Assembly (NCBI GenBank): GCA_964422025.1
Contig: CAYQYZ010000004.1
Span: forward strand, 7,768 to 71,767
Source: an uncultured Gammaproteobacteria bacterium
GTDB taxonomy: Bacteria > Patescibacteriota > Microgenomatia > UBA1406 > HO2-37-13b
DNA length: 64,000 bases
Direction: 5' to 3'
Shown: positions 28,561 to 36,900 of the stretch, piece after piece
Layout: every line of letters starts with the position of its first letter
How positions within the stretch are numbered: position 1 is the stretch's first letter
Position numbers and translations under genes: made by a program
The notes under the pieces: generated by a model
Seen by the model: only the letters and a program-made list of their open reading frames with translations
Told to the model about the DNA's origin: nothing
Databases searched by the model: none

Positions 28561-30091
28561 TGGTATGAAGTAGATTGGGATCCGGGGCAACTCGGACTTC
28601 TTCGGGTGTAAGGTCGTACTCCTCAATATAAAAATTGGAATTGTATTTATGTATTAGGTTGGGTTTGCGATCAATTTTAACTTGTCCAGCCTTCCACCAC
28701 TTTTCATTTGTATACGGGTGGTCATGAGCAGGGAATGTAAGTAGATATGTTTTCTCGCTTTTTTGAAACGGTTTAGCGATCTTGTTTTCATTCGCCTTTT
28801 GAGCATAATTCATAGCGTATCGTGACGAATAACCAAATTGGTCAGCAGTGTAAATAAAATATCCGAACTCCGACGGGGCCGACGCAAAAATATCTTGGGC
28901 AGGTTTGTAGTAGTATTGCCACGTTCCACCTGTTTTTCCGGTTCCAATATACGCACTAGCCTTATAGCTATCTTTTGTAAGATTAATAACATTGAATCCT
29001 AGTAATAATATATATGCTACGAAAAAAATTCTTTTGTCGATCAACTTATACGTTGATGCAATAAGGATAATAAGCAGAGGAGTAAGTGGCCAATAATAAT
29101 AACTCCAAATGACTCCTTTAAAGATTAGAGTACATGCCCAAAAGCCAATATAGAAACTTCCAATAAGAAAATATATGAGCTTGTCATTAAAGGTTTTCTT
29201 GTGACTCACGAGGCCGGCAATAATTGTGGTCCATGTTGCTGCAATTAATAGCGGGAAGTTATGTCCGATAAATGAAATGCCACTTCTAGTGAATCCCTGC
29301 ATTCTGTCATATAGAAATTTACTCGTTGAGGTGTGTACCTTCCCAGCGTTTTCAACCCCAGTGAGGAAATTAATGACTGATCGTACTTGAAGGAAGTCGT
29401 GTTTTATTTCGAATAAAATGTAACTTGAAAGAGGTAGGATAATTGTAGACATAAAAAGAATGTGTTTAAACTCTTTCTTTTTGCCAATGTGAAACAGTAC
29501 TATGCATGTGGTGATAAGTGCAATTGGCACCCCAAAAGCCATTTGGAATTGAATTAGGAGACCGAGTATGAAATATGTTACCGCAAGATAAACTCCTTTA
29601 TTTTCCTTAATATACAAGTATAAAAAATACAGAAAAAGTGGACTTAGGTATACGGCCCCAGAAGGATTAAAAGAATCTTTTACCAATCCCGCAGTTGTAA
29701 ATGTATATAGCAAAGTGCTTAAGTACGCAACTTCTGCTCCAAACATTTTTTTTGAAACATGCCACATTCCCCAGACGCTCGCAATGAAAAATAATAGCCA
29801 GCCCCACGCTACTATGACTGGATTACCATTTCCAATTACAAATGCAGGAATGTTAATATATAGCCATAACGGGCCATGAAAAACTCCTGGAATACCCCCT
29901 GCCCGTGGGCCGATCAATGTAAGAGGCTTTACGTGTACAATGTCTTCTAGTAACAAAAAATCACGAGCAATGTCGGTATGAAAAGTGAGATCGTTATGTA
30001 AGAAAAACCATGATCCTAAAAAAATACCAAACAGAATAAGTATAAGCGATAGTTTTTGAGGCAAAGACGAGATGTTTCTTATTTTGTGCAT
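28547..30091 (-). CDS. polytopic GT-C-like membrane glycosyltransferase, paralog family II
   Basis: FHTDIARDFLLLEDIV and LFEIKHDF motifs; 514 aa multi-TM. Confidence 0.7.
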   Translation of the reverse strand: MHKIRNISSLPQKLSLILILFGIFLGSWFFLHNDLTFHTDIARDFLLLEDIVHVKPLTLIGPRAGGIPGVFHGPLWLYINIPAFVIGNGNPVIVAWGWLLFFIASVWGMWHVSKKMFGAEVAYLSTLLYTFTTAGLVKDSFNPSGAVYLSPLFLYFLYLYIKENKGVYLAVTYFILGLLIQFQMAFGVPIALITTCIVLFHIGKKKEFKHILFMSTIILPLSSYILFEIKHDFLQVRSVINFLTGVENAGKVHTSTSKFLYDRMQGFTRSGISFIGHNFPLLIAATWTTIIAGLVSHKKTFNDKLIYFLIGSFYIGFWACTLIFKGVIWSYYYWPLTPLLIILIASTYKLIDKRIFFVAYILLLGFNVINLTKDSYKASAYIGTGKTGGTWQYYYKPAQDIFASAPSEFGYFIYTADQFGYSSRYAMNYAQKANENKIAKPFQKSEKTYLLTFPAHDHPYTNEKWWKAGQVKIDRKPNLIHKYNSNFYIEEYDLTPEEVRVAPDPNLLHTIIFR

Positions 30092-30143
30092 GTATAGAGT
30101 AGAATAATACTATCAATGCGATTCGTGATTATCAATAAGTAAA

Positions 30144-30998
30144 ATGGACAAAAAAATAACCGTCTTAATTCAAGCGTATAACGAGCAAGAGGAGATTGTG
30201 GAGTGTATAAAAAGCGCCCGTTTACTCAGTCACACTATAATTGTAGTAGATACCGAGAGTACTGATAAAACAGTTTCGTTGGCCAAAGAGCAGAATGTTA
30301 CGGTACATTCATTCCCGTATTCACGGTATGTAGAGCCTGCGAGAAACTTTGGTATCGAAAAGGTTAAGACCGAATGGGTATTTTTGTTGGATGTGGATGA
30401 GAGATTGACAGAGGAGTTGGCGGGGGAGATTGTGGGGATCCTGATCCGCCATGGGCGGAAAGTTCAGGATGACAAGGGTGTGGCTCAAGGTGACCCTCCT
30501 TCGCTCTCCGAGCTACGGGAGGGCAAGCAAGATATTACGTACTACAAACTCCGACGGAAAAATATTTTTGCTGGGAAAAAATGGCTTCAGTATGGCGGGT
30601 GGAATTCAGTAACGGATTATCAGACACGTCTGATTAAAAAAAGCGCATTTAAAGAATGGCCACAAGCGATTCACTCGACTCCTATTATTGAGGGTGAAGC
30701 GGGCCTGCTCAAAGAGCCATTACTACATTATTTTCACAAGAATTTAGAAACGATGGTTGCAAAAACTGCGGTGTATGAAGATGTTGAATCGGATCTTTTA
30801 TTTAAGGCAGGAAAGCCGGTTTCAACCGCCACGTTCTTTAGAAAGTTTTTAGGGGAATTATATCGACGTTTTTTTAAGTTTCAAGGATTTCGGGACGGAA
30901 CATTGGGAGTTATTGAATCGGTGTATCAGGCTTTTTCAAAAACAATAACCTATTTATTTTTGTATGAAAAGTATCATGAAAAAAATTCTAATCGTTGA
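30144..30998 (+). CDS. GT2 glycosyltransferase (paralog of 14892..15869) carrying a ~30-aa repeat-derived insertion
   Basis: ITVLIQAYNEQEEI, VVDTESTDKT, LLDVDE motifs; insertion IRHGRKVQDDKGVAQGDPPSLSELREGKQ is absent from the paralog. Confidence 0.85.
   Translation: MDKKITVLIQAYNEQEEIVECIKSARLLSHTIIVVDTESTDKTVSLAKEQNVTVHSFPYSRYVEPARNFGIEKVKTEWVFLLDVDERLTEELAGEIVGILIRHGRKVQDDKGVAQGDPPSLSELREGKQDITYYKLRRKNIFAGKKWLQYGGWNSVTDYQTRLIKKSAFKEWPQAIHSTPIIEGEAGLLKEPLLHYFHKNLETMVAKTAVYEDVESDLLFKAGKPVSTATFFRKFLGELYRRFFKFQGFRDGTLGVIESVYQAFSKTITYLFLYEKYHEKNSNR
30436..30523 (+). repeat. hairpin repeat, family 2, copy d, long form (inside CDS)
   Basis: GGATCCTGA-TCCGCCATGGGCGGA-AAGTTCAGGATGACA nested hairpins, then CCCTCC...GGGAGGG hairpin. 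Confidence 0.8.
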
Positions 30999-32031
30999 TC
31001 CATATTTAGATGTTTTTGGAGGAGGGGAGAAACATATTCTTTCGATTGGAAAAGTATTTGAAAAACATGGATATGAGGTATCGTTGTATTGGAATGATGA
31101 AAAGATTCTTACGCAACTCTCTGAAACGCTTAAAATCGACACGCACTCTTTTACCATCGAAAAAGAGAAAAGAAAAGGGGAAGGGTATGATGTTTTGCTA
31201 TATGTAACCGATGGAAGTTATTTTATTCCAAAAGCTAAAAAGAATTATGTATTTTGCATGTATCCTCAAAAATCAATTTATGCGAGTTCCCTACTGAATA
31301 AAGTGAAATGGAGAGGGTGGAATTTTTTTGCAAATTCAGAATTTACTGCCAGTTACATTTCTAAATGGGTGGGGAAGAAGACGGGAGTTGTACACCCATT
31401 TATTGAAGATGCAATTTTTGATGCGTACTCTCCTATTGAAAAAAAAGAAAAAGTGATTTTGTCGGTGGGAAGATTTTTTAGACATTTACATGCAAAAAAT
31501 CAGCATTTGTTAGTTGAGGCGTTTAACTTTCTGCAATCACGTCACTCAGAGTTTGAGGATTTCAAATTGGTATTAGTTGGTTCAGTAAAAAAAGAAGATG
31601 AAGAATATTTTGAAGAAGTGAAATTATTGGCACAGGGAAATGAGAATATTGTTTTGGTAAAAAACGCGCCATATTCAGAATGGTTACAGCATTACAAGAC
31701 TTCCATATTTTATTGGCACGCAGCGGGGTTGGGAGCGGATTTGAATGTACATCCGGAAGCGACGGAGCACTTAGGAATTTCAGTTTTGGAAGCAATGATT
31801 GCCGGGTGTATTACATTTGCTCATAATTCCGGTGGTCCAAAAGAAACAATTGAAAATGGAAAGACAGGGTTTTTGTATGATACGATTGAAGAGTTAGTTA
31901 GTAAGACGGCGGAAGTGCTCTCTAAGAGCCCTGCTCTCCAAGAAGTATCAACAGCGGCAAAGGAATATGGAGAACAAAATTTTTCAAGTGAGGGGTTTAA
32001 AAGAAAAGTTGAAGAATATTTTAATCTATGA
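30964..32031 (+). CDS. GT4 (group 1) glycosyltransferase
   Basis: GT-B C-terminal signature EHLGISVLEAMIAGCITFAHNSGGPKETIENGKTGFLY; start may be the ATG at 30976 (MKKILIVD). Confidence 0.88.
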   Translation: MKSIMKKILIVDPYLDVFGGGEKHILSIGKVFEKHGYEVSLYWNDEKILTQLSETLKIDTHSFTIEKEKRKGEGYDVLLYVTDGSYFIPKAKKNYVFCMYPQKSIYASSLLNKVKWRGWNFFANSEFTASYISKWVGKKTGVVHPFIEDAIFDAYSPIEKKEKVILSVGRFFRHLHAKNQHLLVEAFNFLQSRHSEFEDFKLVLVGSVKKEDEEYFEEVKLLAQGNENIVLVKNAPYSEWLQHYKTSIFYWHAAGLGADLNVHPEATEHLGISVLEAMIAGCITFAHNSGGPKETIENGKTGFLYDTIEELVSKTAEVLSKSPALQEVSTAAKEYGEQNFSSEGFKRKVEEYFNL

Positions 32032-32864
32032 AAATTTCAGTAATCATTCCGGTTTATAAAAATAAGGAACTTTTGAAAAAAAGTTTTGAAAATAATTATG
32101 AATTTTTGAAAGGATGTGAAATTATTGTGGTAAACGATTTTCCGGATGAGTCGATTGCGGATGTGTTTGAAAAATATTCTGATGTGAAACAAATTGTGAA
32201 TGAAAAAAATATGGGATTTGCAAATACCGTGAATCGTGGTGCAAAAGAAGCTTTGGGTGATTTATTATTCTTGTTAAATTCAGATGTCATTTTGAAAAAT
32301 GATTCATACAAAAAAGCAATAAAACATTTTGAAGAAAATGAAAAATTATTCGCAGTAAGTTTTGCACAAATTGAGCAAGACGGAAAAACAGTAGGAAAGA
32401 ATAGGGTATTTTTTCAGAATGGATTTATTATGCATGAGAAAGCCAGAGATCTCTTATTTGGACCTACCGGTTGGGCGGAAGGTGGAACGTGTGTTATACG
32501 GAGAGTATATTTTGAAAAACTTGGCGGATTTGATGGGGCATACTCCCCTTTTTATTGGGAGGACGTTGACCTATCGTTGCGAGCTAAAAAGCGTGGGTGG
32601 GATGTTATTTTTGATCCGGAGATATTAGTCGAACATCATCACGCTTCAACAATTGGAAAATATTACAAAGATGATTTTCGAGAACTGATCTCTTATCGGA
32701 ATCAGTTTATATGTACATGGAAGAATGCGATGGGTTCACAGAGAATTTCACATGCACTCCATTTGCCGTTTATATTGGTAAAATCTATAATCACCGGAAA
32801 TTGGAATTTAGTGAAAGGATTTTTTAAGGCAATTCTGGTAACCTCGGAGGTGGAACATGCCTAG
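32028..32864 (+). CDS. GT2 glycosyltransferase
   Basis: ISVIIPVYKNKELL, VVNDFPDES, LNSDV, YWEDVDLSLRAKKRGW; the last 8 codons and the TAG stop lie in family-1 repeat copy C. Confidence 0.88.
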   Translation: MKISVIIPVYKNKELLKKSFENNYEFLKGCEIIVVNDFPDESIADVFEKYSDVKQIVNEKNMGFANTVNRGAKEALGDLLFLLNSDVILKNDSYKKAIKHFEENEKLFAVSFAQIEQDGKTVGKNRVFFQNGFIMHEKARDLLFGPTGWAEGGTCVIRRVYFEKLGGFDGAYSPFYWEDVDLSLRAKKRGWDVIFDPEILVEHHHASTIGKYYKDDFRELISYRNQFICTWKNAMGSQRISHALHLPFILVKSIITGNWNLVKGFFKAILVTSEVEHA

Positions 32865-32880
32865 TCAACCTCGGAGGTTG
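32837..32880 (+). repeat. double-hairpin repeat, family 1, copy C
   Basis: GGTAACCTCGGAGGTGGAACATGCCTAGTCAACCTCGGAGGTTG followed by TTTT; ends 10 nt before the ATG at 32890. Confidence 0.85.
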
Positions 32881-32889
32881 TTTTAGCAT

Positions 32890-34518
32890 ATGAAAACAAA
32901 ATTAATACTACTTGGAATAATTGTTTTGACAGTCCTTTTACATGTTGTGAAAGTAAAGTCGCTTCCTGTCTGCTTGAATGCAGATGAGGCTGCATTTGGA
33001 TATAACGCGTATAGTCTCTTGAAGACGGGAAAAGATGAATATGGCGCCATGCTCCCATTAAGACTTAAATCCTTTGGAGATTATAAACTTCCATTATATT
33101 CATATCTCTCAGTTCCCTTTATTGGTGCAATGGGACTCACAGAAACTTCAACCCGCGCACTTGCGATGCTGATTGGAATTCTATTCCCATTAGTAGTATA
33201 TTTTTTGACAAAAGAATTATTTGAGGATGAACGGATTTCTTTGCTTGCGGCGTTTCTAACAGGCGTTTCCCCGTGGATCCAAATCACCGCTCGGCATGCA
33301 CATGAAGCACCATTGGCAGTATTTCTACTAACCATAGCCGCAACGTTACTGCTAAGATTTATTAAAACTAGTGAGAAAAAATATTTGTATTGGTTTGCGT
33401 TTGTAGAATTGATGAGTTTATTTGCATATCACTTAAGCAGACCAATTGTATTGGGGATGATTGTGTATTTGGGAGTTGTACTCTTATTAAGGAGAAAACA
33501 CCTAGATCCTTCGACTCGTCGTACCTCCTCGCTCAGGATGACAAGCCGACTTATTGCCGCGGCATTATTACCTTTAGTGGTATTTACGTTTACTGACGTT
33601 TTATATAATCCAACTCGGTTAAAAAATTTGATTTTCTTTAATGACGGGGGATTCAAACTTTCAATTAAACAAAAGTTGACAGAAAAGAATTTGCCAATTA
33701 TTTACAATCCGGTAACACAAAGCTTGTTGGATTTACCTAAAGAATACATAAAGTATTTCTCACCAGAATTTTTAGTTGTTCATGGTGACACGAATTATCG
33801 ATTTGGCTATCCGGGAATCTCTCTCATCTCTCTCGTCGAGTACGGCATGGTGTTTGTGGGGTTATATTTCCTAATAAATAAGCGGCCAAAAAATATGTCG
33901 TACATCCTCTTTTTACTCCTCATTGGACCTGTTGCCGCGTCACTTTCTTTTTTTGAATATTCAGCAACACGATCGATATTCATGGTGGTTCCGATGTTAA
34001 TTATTGCATCATATGGAGCGATTTCATTAGTCAATTCTCTTACTCGCCGTTACAGAGTATGGGCGGCTGTACTTCTTTTTGTTGCATTTGGATTCTTTAA
34101 TTTTATGACCTGGGACTTTTACTTTTTTCATTACCCATACAGAGCGGTCACTGTACGATCGTGGCAATGTGGATACAAAGAACTTGCACAATATGTAAAT
34201 ACTAATTACGATAAATTTGAGAAATTTAATATTACAACTCGAAATGGGGAACCATATATTTTCATGCTGTTTTATTCAAAGTATCCACCGGAATTATATC
34301 AGAAACAGGCCACACTCTCTCCACCTGACGAGTATGGGTTTGGACAAGTATGGAAGTTTGATAAATACGATTTTCAATTTAATGTAGATCATCCAAAAGA
34401 GGGGACTTCGTATATTGGATATCCGGAGCATTTCAAAGATAAAGCAGATATTGACACTTCTAAGATTCAGAAAATAACTGCAGGGACAGAAGAGATGTTT
34501 TATATATACGAACCGTAA
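32890..34518 (+). CDS. PMT/ArnT-like (GT39-type) GT-C membrane glycosyltransferase
   Basis: 542 aa multi-TM; first-loop motif CLNADEAAFGYNAYSLLKTGKDEYG; soluble C-terminal domain. Confidence 0.8.
   Translation: MKTKLILLGIIVLTVLLHVVKVKSLPVCLNADEAAFGYNAYSLLKTGKDEYGAMLPLRLKSFGDYKLPLYSYLSVPFIGAMGLTETSTRALAMLIGILFPLVVYFLTKELFEDERISLLAAFLTGVSPWIQITARHAHEAPLAVFLLTIAATLLLRFIKTSEKKYLYWFAFVELMSLFAYHLSRPIVLGMIVYLGVVLLLRRKHLDPSTRRTSSLRMTSRLIAAALLPLVVFTFTDVLYNPTRLKNLIFFNDGGFKLSIKQKLTEKNLPIIYNPVTQSLLDLPKEYIKYFSPEFLVVHGDTNYRFGYPGISLISLVEYGMVFVGLYFLINKRPKNMSYILFLLLIGPVAASLSFFEYSATRSIFMVVPMLIIASYGAISLVNSLTRRYRVWAAVLLFVAFGFFNFMTWDFYFFHYPYRAVTVRSWQCGYKELAQYVNTNYDKFEKFNITTRNGEPYIFMLFYSKYPPELYQKQATLSPPDEYGFGQVWKFDKYDFQFNVDHPKEGTSYIGYPEHFKDKADIDTSKIQKITAGTEEMFYIYEP
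33504..33544 (+). repeat. hairpin repeat, family 2, copy e (inside CDS)
   Basis: AGATCCTTCGACTCGTCGTACCTCCTCGCTCAGGATGACA, read as LDPSTRRTSSLRMT in a predicted loop. Confidence 0.75.
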
Positions 34519-34551
34519 TGTTCAAATAAGTTGAATAGTTAATTCTTTCTT

Positions 34552-34595
34552 GGCAACCTGCGGGATTTGATAGGCACTGGCAACCTTCGAGGTTG
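34552..34595 (+). repeat. double-hairpin repeat, family 1, copy D (terminator-like)
   Basis: GGCAACCTGCGGGATTTGATAGGCACTGGCAACCTTCGAGGTTG followed by TTTT, between convergent genes. Confidence 0.8.
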
Positions 34596-34599
34596 TTTT

Positions 34600-35088
34600 C
34601 TACGCCTTTCCAATAAATGGAAGGGGAAACGGCTGGGAAAGATATTTTTTGTACAATTCCAAATCATCGCCATGATCGAAAGCTATTTCCTCAGCCGGAG
34701 GTAAGGTGTCGATCGAAAACCATGCGAGTTGTTTAACTTCCTCATCGCCTTCAGTAAAGTCAGAATCAGTCTTTACAATATATACAAATTCAATAATTTG
34801 TCGATCTTCGGCAGGACGATCAGGGTTGTCTTTAATATGCATAAGTGTCATGTCGCCCGCCATGCAACTGGTTTCTTCTAGGATTTCTCGGGCAAGCGCT
34901 TGATGCAAATTTTCATCGCGATTTACAAATCCGCCAATTAGCCCCCATTTTCCATATTCAAGCATTGGTTTCCCATGAACGGTTCCCCGTTTTCCTAGAA
35001 GGATTTTTCCGTCTTTTATAAGAATCGCGTTAACAGTGACATGTCGTAAAAGAGCGGACCCGCCGTCTTCAAAAGTGCATGTGATCAT
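34600..35088 (-). CDS. NUDIX hydrolase
   Basis: Nudix box GGFVNRDENLHQALAREILEETS. Confidence 0.9.
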   Translation of the reverse strand: MITCTFEDGGSALLRHVTVNAILIKDGKILLGKRGTVHGKPMLEYGKWGLIGGFVNRDENLHQALAREILEETSCMAGDMTLMHIKDNPDRPAEDRQIIEFVYIVKTDSDFTEGDEEVKQLAWFSIDTLPPAEEIAFDHGDDLELYKKYLSQPFPLPFIGKA

Positions 35089-35747
35089 ATATACAGAATT
35101 ATCGACAGATTATAAAGCGCATGGATGAGGATTGGGGGAACGAGACTCCTTCGGCTCAGGAAAATAAATGAGCAGATAAGACTTAATATAAAATCGGTTG
35201 CCATAAACCAAATAAGAACAGACCCAGTAAGTTTAAGGTTAGTAAGTAAAATTGGAATGTGTAAAATTAAAAAAAGGACACTTGCTAAAAATGATGAAGT
35301 ATATGCATTTCCCGATTCTTCATACAGGCGTTTAAGAACAAATCCGCGCGAAACGACTTCTTCACAAAAGGCGGTAAAAAGGGCAATGACAATTGCAAGG
35401 ACTAATGACTGTGCTGTAGCGCTTGAAAGCGTTTCTCCAAATGAAAATGTACCGAACTTTCCGTAATTTGCCATGAGTGCCGAAAGTGCAAAAATTGCTC
35501 CGATAAAAAAAGAAAGATAGATGTTGCTAAATAATTTTGCTGTAGTAAGCCATACGGCTGGTGCAAAATCCTTTTTTTCAGTATTTTTAATGTATAAATA
35601 AACGGGAAGTAAAAAAACAAATGGTTTGGCAATTAGTTCATCGATTATTTCGGGAAGTTGGAATTTTGCACGATACACACTCCACATAATAAGCACAATG
35701 GCCCATACGTTAAGCATTGATTGGGTTTTTGAAATCGCCTTTTTCAT
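35085..35747 (-). CDS. CPBP (CAAX/Abi) family intramembrane metalloprotease
   Basis: Multi-TM with EEVVSRG (EExxxR), FLILH and HALYN motifs. Confidence 0.85.
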   Translation of the reverse strand: MKKAISKTQSMLNVWAIVLIMWSVYRAKFQLPEIIDELIAKPFVFLLPVYLYIKNTEKKDFAPAVWLTTAKLFSNIYLSFFIGAIFALSALMANYGKFGTFSFGETLSSATAQSLVLAIVIALFTAFCEEVVSRGFVLKRLYEESGNAYTSSFLASVLFLILHIPILLTNLKLTGSVLIWFMATDFILSLICSFIFLSRRSLVPPILIHALYNLSIILYI

Positions 35748-35804
35748 TACTATACAATATAGGAGGTTATGGGGGAAATATCAAGGAGAAGAAGCTGTAA
35801 AATT

Positions 35805-35813
35805 TGATATACT
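35805..35813 (+). promoter_or_regulatory. extended -10 box TGATATACT 6 nt upstream of position 1 of the tRNA-like gene
   Basis: TGnTATACT; the spacing places the predicted start at G35820. Confidence 0.45.
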
Positions 35814-35819
35814 TTGCCT

Positions 35820-35892
35820 GATGCGGTTGTCGAGTGGTCAGGCGCCCCGCCGTGAAGGTGGGGAGACGGAGGTTCAATTCCTCCCCGCATCT
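35820..35892 (+). tRNA. tRNA-like gene with atypical anticodon arm; isotype undetermined
   Basis: Acceptor GATGCGG/CCGCATC 7/7; D stem GTC/GGC with loop GAGTGGTCA; T arm GGAGG-TTCAATT-CCTCC; anticodon region folds as a 6-bp stem with loop CGUGAAG (no U33). Confidence 0.55.
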
Positions 35893-35897
35893 CATAT

Positions 35898-36884
35898 ATG
35901 ACTCCAAAAGATTATATTCTATCGCAACTGAAGAGCTTGAATGAACCTTTGCCATTGGGTCTACAACCCGAAGGTGATTCTGAAATGGCTGACGCAATCT
36001 TCAAAGTCCTTTTGTCAAAAAAATTTAGGAAGTTCTCAATTCCCGAAGGCAATCAAGCTATAATTAGGGCGGCTATAGAAAAGAATATAGCCAATAAAGA
36101 GCCTATAAAAATCTCATGGCCTTTTGGAGGTTACAAGCTTTGGCGTCTTGCGGAAGCCCCTGAGGCCGATTGGGCAGAGCTCTTTACAATGATGTATATT
36201 GCGCAGTGGCTAAAAGCAGCATGTGCAATGTATTCACCCGGGATTGATTTCACATTCTGGGAAGATGAGGTTGTCATAAGTAAGATGAACAATATTCCTC
36301 AGCATGAATTGGATACTTACCAACAGAGCTTTATAGATCTGCTGAACTTTATTAGTCCTTATCTTCCAACAAATTTAAAATTTGACTTTTTTTTGGAGAG
36401 ATCACAATACGAGAGTGCTGATGTTTTTGAGGCAGAGTTAAAGATTGAGATGGAAAAGCTTAAGCAAGCTCGTGCTAAAAACCCCCAGCCATTATCGGAT
36501 GAGGCGAGACGCTCGATAGAGTTGAATGTGAAGGTTACACCCGATCAAGCTCTTGATCCTCTGTGGAGAGAAAAAATAGACCTTATGCACTATGCATACT
36601 ATAATCTTCAAGAGAGTAAAAGTACTGTGCGCAAAGCTTATTCAACCGAAAATATTACAGCTTTTACAACATTTTTCGAGCCAAATGTAATACCTATTGG
36701 TAGTACAAAAACATCCATTGTTAGATTTTGGGTGGGTGTTGGAGCGCTTCAAAGAAGAGGGGACAGTTTCATCGAGACTATTCTTTCCCCGTCACAGATT
36801 GAGAAAGCTCAGTTTGAGTGGGAAACTGTAGAAATAAAAGAACTAGTGGGAAAAAACTTCAAAAAGATACGTATTTTGGAATAA
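35898..36884 (+). CDS. hypothetical cytoplasmic protein (328 aa), no family recognised
   Basis: Long ORF with non-repetitive composition; ATG 5 nt after the tRNA-like discriminator base; no SD. Confidence 0.7.
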   Translation: MTPKDYILSQLKSLNEPLPLGLQPEGDSEMADAIFKVLLSKKFRKFSIPEGNQAIIRAAIEKNIANKEPIKISWPFGGYKLWRLAEAPEADWAELFTMMYIAQWLKAACAMYSPGIDFTFWEDEVVISKMNNIPQHELDTYQQSFIDLLNFISPYLPTNLKFDFFLERSQYESADVFEAELKIEMEKLKQARAKNPQPLSDEARRSIELNVKVTPDQALDPLWREKIDLMHYAYYNLQESKSTVRKAYSTENITAFTTFFEPNVIPIGSTKTSIVRFWVGVGALQRRGDSFIETILSPSQIEKAQFEWETVEIKELVGKNFKKIRILE

Positions 36885-36900
36885 AATATACGATGCTAAT

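Noticed and set aside
35626-35997. ORFs 35626..35901(+) and 35767..35997(-)
   Set aside because: Both read through the tRNA-like gene and its promoter, and both overlap better-supported genes.
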